Shown piece after piece: positions 17,474-27,983 of a stretch of DNA of 64,000 nt. The position numbers were made by a program, and so were the translations under genes. Below the pieces are notes generated by a model, which was not told the DNA's origin, ran no database searches, and saw only the letters and a list, made by a program, of their open reading frames with translations. Position 1 is the stretch's first letter. Each line of letters begins with the position of its first letter. The DNA comes from an uncultured delta proteobacterium (GTDB lineage Bacteria > Myxococcota_A > Polyangia > Polyangiales > Polyangiaceae): the NCBI GenBank assembly GCA_963782055.1, contig CAWAIF010000003.1, forward strand, positions 5,632,001 to 5,696,000, written 5' to 3'.

Positions 17474-18436
17474 ATGACTCGCCGCCTCGCTCCCCTTCTC
17501 CTCGGCGGCGCGCTCACCGCCGTGGGCTTCGCGCCCGGCTGCTCGGTCTCCAGCTCCGATGCCTGCGATCACCTGCTGCAGGCCCTCCTCGACGGGACGC
17601 GCTGCGGCGGTTACGCCAAGCCGCTCTCCGACACCGATCGCGCCCGCTGGCGCACCTACTGCGAGAGCGTGCTCGCCCTGCCCGACCAGGGCGAGACGGC
17701 CTCCATCATCGACGCGTGCGCCGCCGAGGAGGAGGACGCCTCGTGCGACGCGACGCACGTCGACGCCTGCGACCGCGGGCAGACCGGCACCCGGGCGGTC
17801 GGCGCGCCGTGCACGCAGAGCTCGCAGTGCGCGAGCGGCCGCTGCGAGGCCTCCGGCAAGAGCGACGGCTGCGGCACCTGCGGCGCGACCTCCCTCGTCG
17901 GCCAGCCGTGCACCATCGGCACGGCGTGCACGCCGGGCGACGCGTGCGATGCCAAGACGATGACGTGCGCCACCAAGGTCTACCTGGCCGAGGGGCAGAC
18001 GTGCGACGGCTACGGCCTGCGGTGCGACGACGGCCTCTACTGCCAGGGCGCGACCAAGACCTGCCAGCCGAAGGGCGGCGAGGGCGCGGCGTGCGCCGGC
18101 AACGGCGCGTGCAGGAGCGGCTTCGCCTGTAGCCAGTCGGTGTGTACCGTGCTGCCCGGCGTGGGCTCGCCGTGCCTCAACGGCGCGTGCGGCGCGGGGC
18201 TCGTGTGCGACTCCGGCGGCCACTGCATCACGCCGGCCTTCGCCGAGCCGGGGCAACCCTGCGGGCCGGACGTCTTCTGCCGTGTGGGGAGCTGCTCGCC
18301 GGGCTCGCCGTCGACGTGCCCCACCGTCATCGCCGACGGCCAGCCGTGCGACGTCGCCGACTTCTCGCAGACGTGCGACACCTTCGCGAGCTGCGTGAGC
18401 GGGGTGTGCCAGCTGGCGGTCTCGGCCTGTCAGTAG
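17474..18436 (+). CDS. Cys-rich repeat lipoprotein
   Basis: FAPGC lipobox. Repeated G..C...C..GL.C modules. Confidence 0.85.
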   Translation: MTRRLAPLLLGGALTAVGFAPGCSVSSSDACDHLLQALLDGTRCGGYAKPLSDTDRARWRTYCESVLALPDQGETASIIDACAAEEEDASCDATHVDACDRGQTGTRAVGAPCTQSSQCASGRCEASGKSDGCGTCGATSLVGQPCTIGTACTPGDACDAKTMTCATKVYLAEGQTCDGYGLRCDDGLYCQGATKTCQPKGGEGAACAGNGACRSGFACSQSVCTVLPGVGSPCLNGACGAGLVCDSGGHCITPAFAEPGQPCGPDVFCRVGSCSPGSPSTCPTVIADGQPCDVADFSQTCDTFASCVSGVCQLAVSACQ

Positions 18437-18550
18437 TCCCGGCTGGGCCTCGGCCCCCGGCCGGAGCCCCCCGGACGGCCGGGGCCGGACAGACTGGTCC
18501 GTGCAAAGTGCACGTGATTGAGGTCGGGCGGCGGATTGTGCGACACTGTC

Positions 18551-19162
18551 ATGATGCCGCGACCCGACCCGAGGGTGGACCCCGAGTCCCTCGCGCCCCC
18601 GCCGGAGAAGTCCGCGCGCAGGCGCGATCCGCGGGTCGACCCGGAGTCGCTGGTCCCGCCCGCGCGCCCCGACCCGCGCGTCGACCCGGCGTCGCTCGCT
18701 CCTCCACCCGAGCCCGAACCGGAGCAGGTGCAGGAGCAGGTGGGGTCTGCCACCATCGCCGACCCGCGCGTCGCGGCGGTCGAGCCGCTCGTCGACGCCA
18801 ACGACTGGCGCGCGGTCGCCGCGAAGCTGGGCCCCCTCGCCGACGCCGGCGACCTCCCGCCCAACCTGGGCCTGATCGCCGCCATGGCCCACAACGAGAT
18901 GGCGCGCGAAGGCAGCGACGAGGCGCGCGATCTCGCCACCCGGTGCACCGGCGCGGTCCTGGGCGTCGCGCCGGAGAGCGTCATCGCCCGCGTCGTCGCG
19001 CGCCGCCTGCTGCGCAAGAACCCGGTGCGCTTCCGCGAGCGCCCGGCCCCGCCCCCGCGCACGTCTGCGATCATCATCGTCATCGGGCTCGTCGTGAGCA
19101 TCCTCGTCGGGCTCATCGCCTCCGGCGAGCTCCGCGTCCTGCTCCGCGCCGTCACCCGCTGA
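18551..19162 (+). CDS. Hypothetical protein with N-terminal DPRVDPESL repeats and a C-terminal TM anchor
   Basis: Three R.DPRVDP.SL.PP repeats. Hydrophobic tail IIIVIGLVVSILVGLI. Confidence 0.75.
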   Translation: MMPRPDPRVDPESLAPPPEKSARRRDPRVDPESLVPPARPDPRVDPASLAPPPEPEPEQVQEQVGSATIADPRVAAVEPLVDANDWRAVAAKLGPLADAGDLPPNLGLIAAMAHNEMAREGSDEARDLATRCTGAVLGVAPESVIARVVARRLLRKNPVRFRERPAPPPRTSAIIIVIGLVVSILVGLIASGELRVLLRAVTR

Positions 19163-19174
19163 CGAGCGCGCGCG

Positions 19175-21019
19175 TCACTCCGCCCGCTCCGCCTCCTTCT
19201 CGGCGAACTGCAGGCGATGGAGCTTCGCGTAGAACCCGCCCAGCGCGAGCAGCTCCTCGTGCGTGCCCTGCTCCACCACGCGCCCCTTGTGCAGCACCAC
19301 GATCCGCGACGCCGCCTTGATGGTGGAGAGCCGGTGCGCGATGATCAGCGATGTCCGCCCCTCCAGCACCGCGTCCAGCGCCGCCTGCAGCCGCGACTCG
19401 GTGTCGGAGTCCACGCTCGCCGTCGCCTCGTCCAGGATGAGCAGTGGCGCGTCGCGGTAGAGCGCCCGCGCGAAGGCGATGAGCTGCCGCTCCCCCGCGC
19501 TGAAGTTGGCGCCGCGCTCGTCGACGCGCATGTCCAGGAAGGCGTCGCCGTCCTGGTCGGCGCGGTGGCGGAAGAGCTTCACCGCGCCGATGCGCTCCAC
19601 CGCCTGGCGCGCCCGCTCGCGATCCGGCTCGGCGTCTGTCATGGCGATGTTGGAGAGCAGCGTGCCGGAGAAGAGGAAGACGTCCTGCGGCACCACCGAG
19701 AAGAGCTCGCGCAGGGCGTGCCGCGGGTAGCGCCGGACGTCCTTGCCCTCCACGCGCACCACGCCATCGTGCACCTCGTAGAGGCGGAGCAGCAGGCCGC
19801 TGATGGTCGTCTTGCCGGAGCCGGTCGCGCCGACGAGGGCGATCTTCTCCCCCTGCTTCGCCTGCAGGCTCACTTCGCGCAGCACGGGGACGCCCGGCTT
19901 GTACTCGAAGTTCACGTGGTCGAGGGCGATCGCCTCCCCCTCCGGACCGTCCGCCGCGCACTCGTCGGCGTCCACGTCCTGTTCGACGTCGGTCTGGTCC
20001 AGGAGCTGGAAGATGCGCTCGGCCCCCGCCATCGCGCTCTGAAGGATGGTGTAGCGCTGCGAGAGCAGGCTGATGGGCTCGAAGAACTGCTTGATGTACC
20101 CGGTGAAGGTCACCACCAGCGCGAAGGTGGCGACGTGCGCGCCGCCGCGGTGAATCGCCACCCAGAGCAGCACGCTGGCGATGCACAGGATGCCCACCAT
20201 CTCGATCGCGGCGTCGAGGACGGCCTCGTAGAAGACCGAGCGCTTGTTGGCGTCGCGGTAAGACCGGTTGATGACGTCGAAGTCCTCGGCCATCGCGACC
20301 TCGCGCCCGTAGGCCTGCACGACGGCGATGCCGTTGACCTGCTCGTTGAGGAAGGCGTTGAGGCGCGCGGTCTTGGCGCGGATCTCGCGGTAAGCCTGCC
20401 GCGACCGCTTCCGGACGAAGGCGACGATGATCGCCACCAGAGGCAGCGTGGCGAAGGCGATGAGGGCGAGCTCCCAGTCGAGCGCCGTCATCACCACCAC
20501 GATCCCGGCGAGGGTGACGAAGTCCCCCATCGCGTTGAGCACGCCGGAGGCGAAGAGCTCGCCCAGGGCGTCGACGTCGTTGGTGGCGCGCGTGACCAGG
20601 CGGCCGACCGGCGTCTTGTCGAAGAAGCGCAGGGTCATGCGCTGCAAGAAGTGGAAGATGTGCGCCCGCAGATCGGCCATGGCGCGCGCACCGGCGAGCT
20701 GCATGGCGTACATCTGGCCGAAGCTGACGAGCTGCCCCACCACCACCAGCCCGGTGAGGAAGAGGCCATCGCGCAGCAGGCCTCCCGAGTCGCGCGCCCC
20801 GGCCTGGCGCACGACGTCGCCCATCACCAGCGGGCGCAGCAGGCCGACGGCGGACATCACCAGCAGCGAGGCGAGCGAGAGCGCGAGGAAGCGCGCGTGC
20901 GGCCGCACGAAGGGCCACATCCGCCGGAGCATCCGCGCGTCGTAGGTCGCGGCGACCATGTCCTCCTCGTGGAAGGCGCGCAGCTTGTCGGAGGCGCGGG
21001 TGGAGGTCGCGGCGCTCAC
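19175..21019 (-). CDS. ABC exporter subunit (TMD+NBD), half of a heterodimer
   Basis: GATGSGKTT Walker A, FSAGERQ signature, LILDEATA Walker B. GTG start overlaps the partner's stop. Confidence 0.93.
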   Translation of the reverse strand: MSAATSTRASDKLRAFHEEDMVAATYDARMLRRMWPFVRPHARFLALSLASLLVMSAVGLLRPLVMGDVVRQAGARDSGGLLRDGLFLTGLVVVGQLVSFGQMYAMQLAGARAMADLRAHIFHFLQRMTLRFFDKTPVGRLVTRATNDVDALGELFASGVLNAMGDFVTLAGIVVVMTALDWELALIAFATLPLVAIIVAFVRKRSRQAYREIRAKTARLNAFLNEQVNGIAVVQAYGREVAMAEDFDVINRSYRDANKRSVFYEAVLDAAIEMVGILCIASVLLWVAIHRGGAHVATFALVVTFTGYIKQFFEPISLLSQRYTILQSAMAGAERIFQLLDQTDVEQDVDADECAADGPEGEAIALDHVNFEYKPGVPVLREVSLQAKQGEKIALVGATGSGKTTISGLLLRLYEVHDGVVRVEGKDVRRYPRHALRELFSVVPQDVFLFSGTLLSNIAMTDAEPDRERARQAVERIGAVKLFRHRADQDGDAFLDMRVDERGANFSAGERQLIAFARALYRDAPLLILDEATASVDSDTESRLQAALDAVLEGRTSLIIAHRLSTIKAASRIVVLHKGRVVEQGTHEELLALGGFYAKLHRLQFAEKEAERAE

Positions 21020-22818
21020 TCGGCCACCTCCAGCGAGGAGAGCTCGGCGAGCTCCCGCGCGACGCGCTGCTCCTCGGCGAAGGTGGCGTAGAGGCCGCCC
21101 TTCGCGACGAGCTCGTCGTGGGTGCCGCGCTCGACGATCCCCCCGGCGTCCAGCACGACGACGGCGTCGCACTTGGCCGCCGCCGCGACGCGGTGGGTGA
21201 CCAGGATGACGGTGCGGCGCTCCGCCTGCCGCTCGATGGCCTCCAGGATCGCCGCCTCCGTCTTGGCGTCGACGGCGGAGAGCGGATCGTCCAGCAGCAG
21301 GATGCGCGGCTCCCACGCGAGCGCCCGGGCCAGGGCGATGCGCTGCCGCTGCCCGCCGGAGAGCTGCACTCCGCGCTCGCCCACCACGGTGTCGAACTGC
21401 TCGGGCAGCTCGAGCGTCTCCGACAGGACCTGCGCCTCCCCGGCGGCCTCCTTGATGCGCTTCATGCTCTCCGGCGCGTCGGGGTCGTCCATGGAGAGGC
21501 CGACGTTTCGCGCCACCGTCGTGGAGAAGAGGAAGGCGTCCTGCTGCGCGTAGCCGAGGAGACCGCGCAGGTCGGATATCTGCATTTTACACACGTCGAC
21601 GCCGTCGATGAAGACGGTCCCCTCCGGGGTCGGCAAGAGGCGCGCGACGAGCTGCGCCAGCGTCGACTTGCCCGACCCGGTGCGCCCGACGATGGCGAGG
21701 GAGCGGCCGGCGCCCACCTCGAAGCCGACGTCGTGCAGCACCTGCCGCGACCCGTAGGCGAAGGACAGCCCCTTCACCGCCATGGAACCCGGGGCCTGCG
21801 GCGGGGCCGACTCCTCACCCTCCTCGATGTCGGGCTGGGCGTCGAAGACCTCCTTCAGCCGCGCGAAGCACGCGCGCCCGCGCTGCAGGATGGAGACGGA
21901 GAAGCCGAGCGCCACCACCGGCCACGTCATGCGCATGAGCGCGAGCTGGAAGGCGAAGAAGTCGCCCTTGGTGAGGCCCCCGTGCGTGGGGTCGCGGAGC
22001 AGGAGGGTGCCGCCGTACCAGAAGAAGACGAGCACCGCGATGGCGCTCGACGCGCCCAGGGTCGGCATCATCGACCCGCGCAGGCGGGCGAGCCCCAGGC
22101 TCGCGTTCAGGTAACGGCGGTTGGCCTCGTCGAAGCGGTCGCGCTCGCGCGCCTCCATCGCGAAGCTGCGCACGACGCGCACCCCGGCGAGGTTGCCCTG
22201 CACCAGCGACGCCAGGTTGCCCAGCGCCTCCTGCGTCTGACGCGTGCGCGTGAAGAGCGCGCGGGAGAACTGCCGCGTCGCCAGCACCACCAGCGGCACC
22301 GCCACGAAGGACGCGAGGGTGAGGCGCCAGGAGATCGTCGCCATGACCTGGAGCGCGCTGGTGAAGGCGAAGATCACGTTGACCACGTTCAGCACGCCGA
22401 AGCCGAAGAGCAGCCGCACCTGGCCGAGATCGTTGGTGGCGCGGCTCATGATCTCGCCCGCCGACATGCGCCGGTAGAAGCTCACCCCCAGCGTGTGCAG
22501 GTGGTCGAGCAGCTTGCGGCGCAGCTCGTACTCGACGTCGCGGCCGGCGTTGAAGAGGAAGTAGCGGCTCGCCACGCGCGCGAAGAAGGCGACGAGCGCG
22601 AGCGCGAGCATCGTGATGGCGGGCTTCCACGCGGCCGTCGGGTCGGCGCCGAAGATGGCGTCGATGGCCGCCTTGGAGCGCCAGTCGATGCGGTTCATCG
22701 CGAGCTGGAAGGCGCCGAGGAAGCAGGTGCCCAGCCCGTACGCGGCGAGCTGGCGACGCAGGTGTCCGCCGAGCGTCCTGGGGATGGTGGCGGGGTCGAC
22801 CGAAGGCGCGCGCGTCAC
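21016..22818 (-). CDS. ABC exporter subunit (TMD+NBD) with a non-canonical Walker B
   Basis: [27 protein letters not shown] (Asp in place of the catalytic Glu, as in heterodimeric exporters). Confidence 0.93.
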   Translation of the reverse strand: MTRAPSVDPATIPRTLGGHLRRQLAAYGLGTCFLGAFQLAMNRIDWRSKAAIDAIFGADPTAAWKPAITMLALALVAFFARVASRYFLFNAGRDVEYELRRKLLDHLHTLGVSFYRRMSAGEIMSRATNDLGQVRLLFGFGVLNVVNVIFAFTSALQVMATISWRLTLASFVAVPLVVLATRQFSRALFTRTRQTQEALGNLASLVQGNLAGVRVVRSFAMEARERDRFDEANRRYLNASLGLARLRGSMMPTLGASSAIAVLVFFWYGGTLLLRDPTHGGLTKGDFFAFQLALMRMTWPVVALGFSVSILQRGRACFARLKEVFDAQPDIEEGEESAPPQAPGSMAVKGLSFAYGSRQVLHDVGFEVGAGRSLAIVGRTGSGKSTLAQLVARLLPTPEGTVFIDGVDVCKMQISDLRGLLGYAQQDAFLFSTTVARNVGLSMDDPDAPESMKRIKEAAGEAQVLSETLELPEQFDTVVGERGVQLSGGQRQRIALARALAWEPRILLLDDPLSAVDAKTEAAILEAIERQAERRTVILVTHRVAAAAKCDAVVVLDAGGIVERGTHDELVAKGGLYATFAEEQRVARELAELSSLEVAE

Positions 22819-23696
22819 GATTGCGGCTTCCGGTGCGACGACGACAGCACGGGCCGGCGGCCGGAGGCGGGGACGAGCTGCGCGAGATCGACGCGCACGG
22901 CGAGCAGACCGAAGAGCACGCGCGCGCCGCCGCGGCCGTCCAGCTCCTGCACCACACCCGACTGGCCGGCGAACGGGCCCTCGGTCGCGCGGACCGCGGC
23001 GCCCTTCTCGATGGCGCCCGCCCCACGCGCGCGCGAGCGCGACGCCAGGATGGGGCGGCGACGCAGCGGCGGCCGCCGCGCGTGGCCGGCCTCGCGCACG
23101 GCCTGCCACAAGGCACCGAGGGAGACGGCCACGTCGGCCAGCGCGCTGCTCGCCGACTTGCCGCCGAGCTGCGCCTCGCCGCGCGCCATCCGCCAGCCGA
23201 CGACGAAGGAGCGCCCGCCCTCCAGCCCCTCCCGCGCCAGACGCTCCACGTCGGCCACGACCAGGTCGTGCGCGGGCCGCGCCTCGGCGCCCTCCGGCCC
23301 GGCGCGCACCGGCTCCGGCAGCGCGTCCCACGCGCGCGACACGTGCTCCGCCGCGCCGCCGAACGCCTCCGCCCACCGGCGCGCGCGGTCCCCGTCGACG
23401 ACCAGCACGACCTCCACGCCCGTGGCCTCGATGCGCAGCCGGATGCGCTCGCCGGGCGGTCCGCCCACGTCGGCGAGCACCACCGCCTGGGCGGCGTCCT
23501 CCTGGTCGGCGGCCGCCGTCAGCTCCAGCCCCATCGCGGCGACGCGCTCGATCACCCTGTCCGCCCAGGCCTGCATGCGACGAGCTACCTCGACGCGCGC
23601 GGCGCCGTGGGCTGACGAGCGCCCGGTCTGGGCGTCGAAGTCGGCGCGCGACAGCGAGAGGACCGCGGGCGCGCGCGCCTGAGAACGCGTGCTCAT
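22815..23696 (-). CDS. Protein with a C-terminal NusG-like KOW domain
   Basis: [22 protein letters not shown]...ARVLFGLL. Start at 23696 is inferred. Confidence 0.75.
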   Translation of the reverse strand: MSTRSQARAPAVLSLSRADFDAQTGRSSAHGAARVEVARRMQAWADRVIERVAAMGLELTAAADQEDAAQAVVLADVGGPPGERIRLRIEATGVEVVLVVDGDRARRWAEAFGGAAEHVSRAWDALPEPVRAGPEGAEARPAHDLVVADVERLAREGLEGGRSFVVGWRMARGEAQLGGKSASSALADVAVSLGALWQAVREAGHARRPPLRRRPILASRSRARGAGAIEKGAAVRATEGPFAGQSGVVQELDGRGGARVLFGLLAVRVDLAQLVPASGRRPVLSSSHRKPQS

Positions 23697-23908
23697 GGGG
23701 GCAGGTTCCGGGTCCGCCGCGCCCGCGTGGAGCGTCGGGTCGGACCCACGGTCGAGGAGGTTCGGCGCATCCACGTTGCGGGTTCGAGGGGGCGAAGTCA
23801 ACCGGAGCAGCGGCACCGCCGCGTTACCATGAAACATCGACATTTCAAATACTTGACTCACATATTGACGCAGTGCGTCTCGATGCGCATGTTCTTCGTC
23901 GAGGTTTG

Positions 23909-24022
23909 ATGATGCACACGCCTGCTGGAGATGCCGCGCGCGAGCTTCTCGTCGCCACCTTCTTCGGGCTGGCGCTCGCCGCGCTGGCCGTTTCGTACGC
24001 CGCCTGGACGCTGCCGCACTGA
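23909..24022 (+). CDS. Putative 37-aa single-TM small protein
   Basis: GAGG RBS, MMHTPAGDAARELLVATFFGLALAALAVSYAAWTLPH, with an AT-rich upstream region. Confidence 0.5.
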   Translation: MMHTPAGDAARELLVATFFGLALAALAVSYAAWTLPH

Positions 24023-24093
24023 CGCCGGAGCGCACAACCGGGGGCGCCGGCGTGTTTGCGCCTTTTCCCGGTGCGGGCCTTGCTCTACAAGAG

Positions 24094-25224
24094 ATGTCTC
24101 CCGTGCCACGGACGAAGAAGACAGCCGGCAAGACCGAGCGAGCCACCACGTCGCGCAAGCCCAGAGCGGGTTCGCGCCGAGAAGCGGAGGAGCGCCCGGA
24201 GGGCTCGGAGGAGGCCGAGGGCGAGGGCCAGGAAGACCTCGCCGAGCCCGCCGAGAGCGAGCCGGAGATCGAGGACGAGGAGGAGGAAGAGGCCGCCGAG
24301 AGCACCGAGGACGGTGACGGCGAGACGGCCCCCGCGGTGCCGGTCACGCCCTCGAAGGACACGTCCCTCGCCCGCTTCGACCCGATGGCGGCGTACCTGC
24401 GCGAGGTCCAGCGCCACCGGCTGCTCACCCCGGAGGAGACGCACGACCTCGCCGTCAACTTCGTCAACAGCCAGGACCCACGCATCGCCGCGCAGCTCGT
24501 CACCGCGAACCTGCGCCTGGTGGTGAAGATCGCCTACGAGTACCGGCGCGCCTACAAGAACATCATGGACCTGGTGCAGGAGGGCAACATCGGCCTCATG
24601 CAGGCGGTCAAGCGGTACGACCCGTACCGTGGAGTGAAGCTCTCCTCCTATGCGGCGTGGTGGATCCGCGCGTACATCCTGCGGTTCATCCTCAACAACT
24701 GGCGCCTGGTGAAGCTGGGCACCACGCAGGCGCAGCGCAAGCTCTTCTTCAACCTGCGCAAGAAGCGGGCGGAGCTGCAGGCGATGGGCATCGAGCCCAC
24801 CAACGAGGAGATCGCCAAGCGCCTCAACGTGCCCGAGCACGACGTGGCGGAGATGGACCTACGCCTCACCTCCAGCGAGAAATCGCTGGACGCGCCGGTG
24901 GGCGACTCGGAGGGCCGATCCATCGCCAAGGTGGACATGATCCCCAGCGTCGGCGAGGGCCCCGAGGCGCTCATGGCGGACGAGGAGCTGCAGGCCCTGC
25001 TCAAGGACAAGCTCGCAGAGTTCCGCAAGACGCTGGTGGGCAAGGACAAGGAGCTGGCCATCTTCGACTCGCGCCTCGTCTCCGACGATCCGCTCACCCT
25101 GCAGGAGCTGGGGGACAAGTTCGGCATCTCGCGAGAGCGCGTCCGGCAGCTCGAACAGCGGCTCACCCACCGGCTGCGCGACTTCCTCCGCGCCGAGATG
25201 GGCGACGCCGCCGAGCTCGCATAG
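24094..25224 (+). CDS. rpoH: RpoH (sigma-32) family RNA polymerase sigma factor
   Basis: DLVQEGNIGLMQAV, SYAAWWIRAYI, RpoH box QRKLFFNLR, GISRERVRQLE. Acidic N-terminal extension. Confidence 0.9.
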   Translation: MSPVPRTKKTAGKTERATTSRKPRAGSRREAEERPEGSEEAEGEGQEDLAEPAESEPEIEDEEEEEAAESTEDGDGETAPAVPVTPSKDTSLARFDPMAAYLREVQRHRLLTPEETHDLAVNFVNSQDPRIAAQLVTANLRLVVKIAYEYRRAYKNIMDLVQEGNIGLMQAVKRYDPYRGVKLSSYAAWWIRAYILRFILNNWRLVKLGTTQAQRKLFFNLRKKRAELQAMGIEPTNEEIAKRLNVPEHDVAEMDLRLTSSEKSLDAPVGDSEGRSIAKVDMIPSVGEGPEALMADEELQALLKDKLAEFRKTLVGKDKELAIFDSRLVSDDPLTLQELGDKFGISRERVRQLEQRLTHRLRDFLRAEMGDAAELA

Positions 25225-25275
25225 CGCCGCCGCGCGGCGCGCGGTATGGTGAGGCGCGAAAGGGGGCCTTTCGAT

Positions 25276-26367
25276 ATGACCCTGTTGCGTGCTTGTGCTT
25301 GCGGATGGTTGCTTTGCGTGGTGGCGGTGGGCTGCGGGGGTGAGGTCACCGGGGCGAGTGACGGCGGCGCCGACGCCGGAAAGGACGGCGCGCTCCCGTC
25401 GAAGGACGGCGGCGGGTCCGAAGGCGGGCCGACCGAGGCGGGCCCCCCCACGAGCGACACCTACACCTTCGCCATCGACAAGGTGTACCTCGGCGAGGCG
25501 CCGCGCGGCGGCGGTCCCCCCAGCTCCACGGCGTGGAAGGACTTCGGCGTCAACCTGGACAGCAAGACGACGGACAGCAGCTCGACCGACGTCTGCACGC
25601 TCACCGCCGGCGCGTCGAAGAACAACCAGGTCGACGGCAACCAGGGCATCGACAACGCGTGGGGCGCCATGCTGTTGCCCATCATGCAGAGCGCCGCCAG
25701 CCAGAACACCCCGTCCGCCATCGAGACCGACTTCATCGATCAGGGCGGCTGGACGCTGCTGCTGCAGGTGAAGGGCCTCTCCGACGACCCCGCGCAGACG
25801 GCAAACGGGTTGACCGCGCAGGTCTTCGTGGGCGCCCGCTACAACAATGGCGTACCCGCCTTCGACACCTCCACCGACTGGCCGGTGCTCGCCACCTCCC
25901 TCGCCGATGGGAACACCCTGGAGGGCGGCTCCAAGATCGCGTTCGCGTCGGCGAGCATGTCCGGCGGGACGTTCCGCAGTGGCCCCGGATCCAGCCCGGT
26001 CGTCGTCGACGTCTCCGTCGGCACCTCCCCGCTGGAGTTCCAGATCCACGACGCCGTCATCACCTTCGATCACGCCGACCACGCCGACGCCGTCAACGGC
26101 ACCATCGCGGGCGTGCTGGACACCGAGGAGTTTCTCACCGAGCTCAAGCAGGTCGCGGGCCAGATCACGACCGCCCTGTGCGGCTCGGCGTTCGACGGCG
26201 TCGCGCAGCAGATCCGGCAGGCGCAGGACATCCTGCTCGACGGGACCAACACGCAGGGCGTGCCGTGCACCGCCATCTCGGTGGGGCTGGGCTTCGAGGC
26301 GAAGCTCGTCGCCAATCCCACCGAGGTGTCGCCGGCGCCCCCGCCACCGCCCGACCCGTGCCAGTAG
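25276..26367 (+). CDS. Hypothetical lipoprotein
   Basis: VAVGC lipobox, D/G/A-rich linker, strong codon bias. Confidence 0.85.
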   Translation: MTLLRACACGWLLCVVAVGCGGEVTGASDGGADAGKDGALPSKDGGGSEGGPTEAGPPTSDTYTFAIDKVYLGEAPRGGGPPSSTAWKDFGVNLDSKTTDSSSTDVCTLTAGASKNNQVDGNQGIDNAWGAMLLPIMQSAASQNTPSAIETDFIDQGGWTLLLQVKGLSDDPAQTANGLTAQVFVGARYNNGVPAFDTSTDWPVLATSLADGNTLEGGSKIAFASASMSGGTFRSGPGSSPVVVDVSVGTSPLEFQIHDAVITFDHADHADAVNGTIAGVLDTEEFLTELKQVAGQITTALCGSAFDGVAQQIRQAQDILLDGTNTQGVPCTAISVGLGFEAKLVANPTEVSPAPPPPPDPCQ

Positions 26368-26417
26368 CCGCCGCCGACTTCCGTCCGGGCGGCGCGCGCT
26401 CGTAGTACAAGGGCTCG

Positions 26418-27260
26418 ATGTCCGACGTCGAACGCGGCGCGCTGCACGTGGTGGCGACCCCCATCGGCAACCTCGCCGACGTGACCCTGCGCGCGCTGGC
26501 CGTGCTCCACGCGGCGGACGTGATCGCCGCGGAGGACACGCGCCACACACGCAAGCTGCTGTCGCACCACGGCGTCGCCGGCAAGGAGCTGGTGGCGCTG
26601 CACGCGCACTCCACCGGGCGGGACGTGGCGCGGCTGGTGGAGCGGCTGCGCGCCGGAGAGACGGTGGCGCTGGTGACCGACGCGGGGACCCCGGGCGTGA
26701 GCGATCCGGGCGACGCCCTGGTGCGCGGGGCGATCGAGGCGGGCGTGCGCGTGGTCCCGGTGCCGGGCGCGAGCGCGGTGCTCGCCGCGCTGGTGGCGAG
26801 CGGCCTGGGCACCGGCGGCGCCTTCCGCTTTCTGGGGTTCCTCCCGCGCTCCGGGACGGAGCGGGAGGAGGCGCTCGGCCGCGCCGCCTCGACGCCGGAG
26901 CCGGTGGTGCTCTTCGAGGCCCCCGGACGCGTGCACGATACGCTCGCCGACCTGGCGCGCGCGACGCCCTCGCGACCGGCGTGCGTGGCGCGCGAGCTCA
27001 CCAAGGTGCACGAGGAGCTCACGCGCGGGACGCTCGACGAGCTGGCGGCGGACGCGCGGGAGTGGCGGGGCGAGGTGGTCGTCGTGCTCGGCCCGCACCA
27101 CGCGGCGGAGGCGGCGGTGGACGACGCCTCGCTGGACGTGCGCATCGCCGAGGAGCTGGAGCGCGGCGAGCCCACGCGGCGCATCGCCGAGCGCCTCGCC
27201 GCGTGGAGCGGCCGGCCGAAGCGCGAGGTCTACGAGCGCGTGGTGCGGATGAAGAAGTAG
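26418..27260 (+). CDS. rsmI: 16S rRNA (cytidine1402-2'-O)-methyltransferase
   Basis: VATPIGNLADVT, AAEDTRHT, DAGTPGVSDPG, ARELTKVHEE. Confidence 0.96.
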   Translation: MSDVERGALHVVATPIGNLADVTLRALAVLHAADVIAAEDTRHTRKLLSHHGVAGKELVALHAHSTGRDVARLVERLRAGETVALVTDAGTPGVSDPGDALVRGAIEAGVRVVPVPGASAVLAALVASGLGTGGAFRFLGFLPRSGTEREEALGRAASTPEPVVLFEAPGRVHDTLADLARATPSRPACVARELTKVHEELTRGTLDELAADAREWRGEVVVVLGPHHAAEAAVDDASLDVRIAEELERGEPTRRIAERLAAWSGRPKREVYERVVRMKK

Positions 27261-27352
27261 CCGCGAGGGTATCACCCAACTCTTCGACTGCGCATTTCGC
27301 CAAGTCGTCAATGGGTGTAGTCTCCTGACGTCTACGCGCACCGCGGACTCCG

Positions 27353-27949
27353 ATGGACGACGATCGCCTCCTCCCCCCTGCCCCGCCGCCTTCCTCCGGC
27401 TCGCTGCGGCTCCCCTCCACCGAGTCGGACTTCTGGGCAGGCCTCTTCTTGGACCTGACGGTGCGCATCGAGTGGCTCGGGCAGGCGCTGGACGCCGTGC
27501 CGAGGGAGGACACCTCGGCGGCCTCGCTCGCGAGACTTCGCGACTACGCCGACGCCCTGGGCGATCTCCGCGTCGCGCTCGAGCGCGTGCAAGGCCACCG
27601 CGCCGACCCGCGCCTCAAGCCGCTCTTCTCGCTGGAGGGGACGCTCGCCGGGTATCTCAGTCGCCTCTACGGGTGGTGCGAGGAGATCGGGGACGACTTC
27701 GAGCGCATGGCCGTCGCCCTGCGCCGCCGCCAGCCGACGTCTGTCGTCTTCTCGCACAAGGCCGTCAACGCTTCGTACGCGCACTTCGACGCCCTCGTCA
27801 CCGGCATGCGCCACGCCACCGAGGTCTCGCGCGAGCTGCACGGCGGGAAGGACGCCCGCGCGTGGGCCGCCTTCGACGAGCGTCTGGAGGAGCTGATCTG
27901 GGCGACCGAGTGGGTGCACATGACGCTCGCCCGTCCGCCGGGGGCCTGA
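27353..27949 (+). CDS. Hypothetical helical protein
   Basis: 198-aa ORF with normal composition. Confidence 0.75.
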   Translation: MDDDRLLPPAPPPSSGSLRLPSTESDFWAGLFLDLTVRIEWLGQALDAVPREDTSAASLARLRDYADALGDLRVALERVQGHRADPRLKPLFSLEGTLAGYLSRLYGWCEEIGDDFERMAVALRRRQPTSVVFSHKAVNASYAHFDALVTGMRHATEVSRELHGGKDARAWAAFDERLEELIWATEWVHMTLARPPGA

Positions 27950-27983
27950 GGCGCGCGGGGCGCTCCGCTGCTATCCTGCCGGC

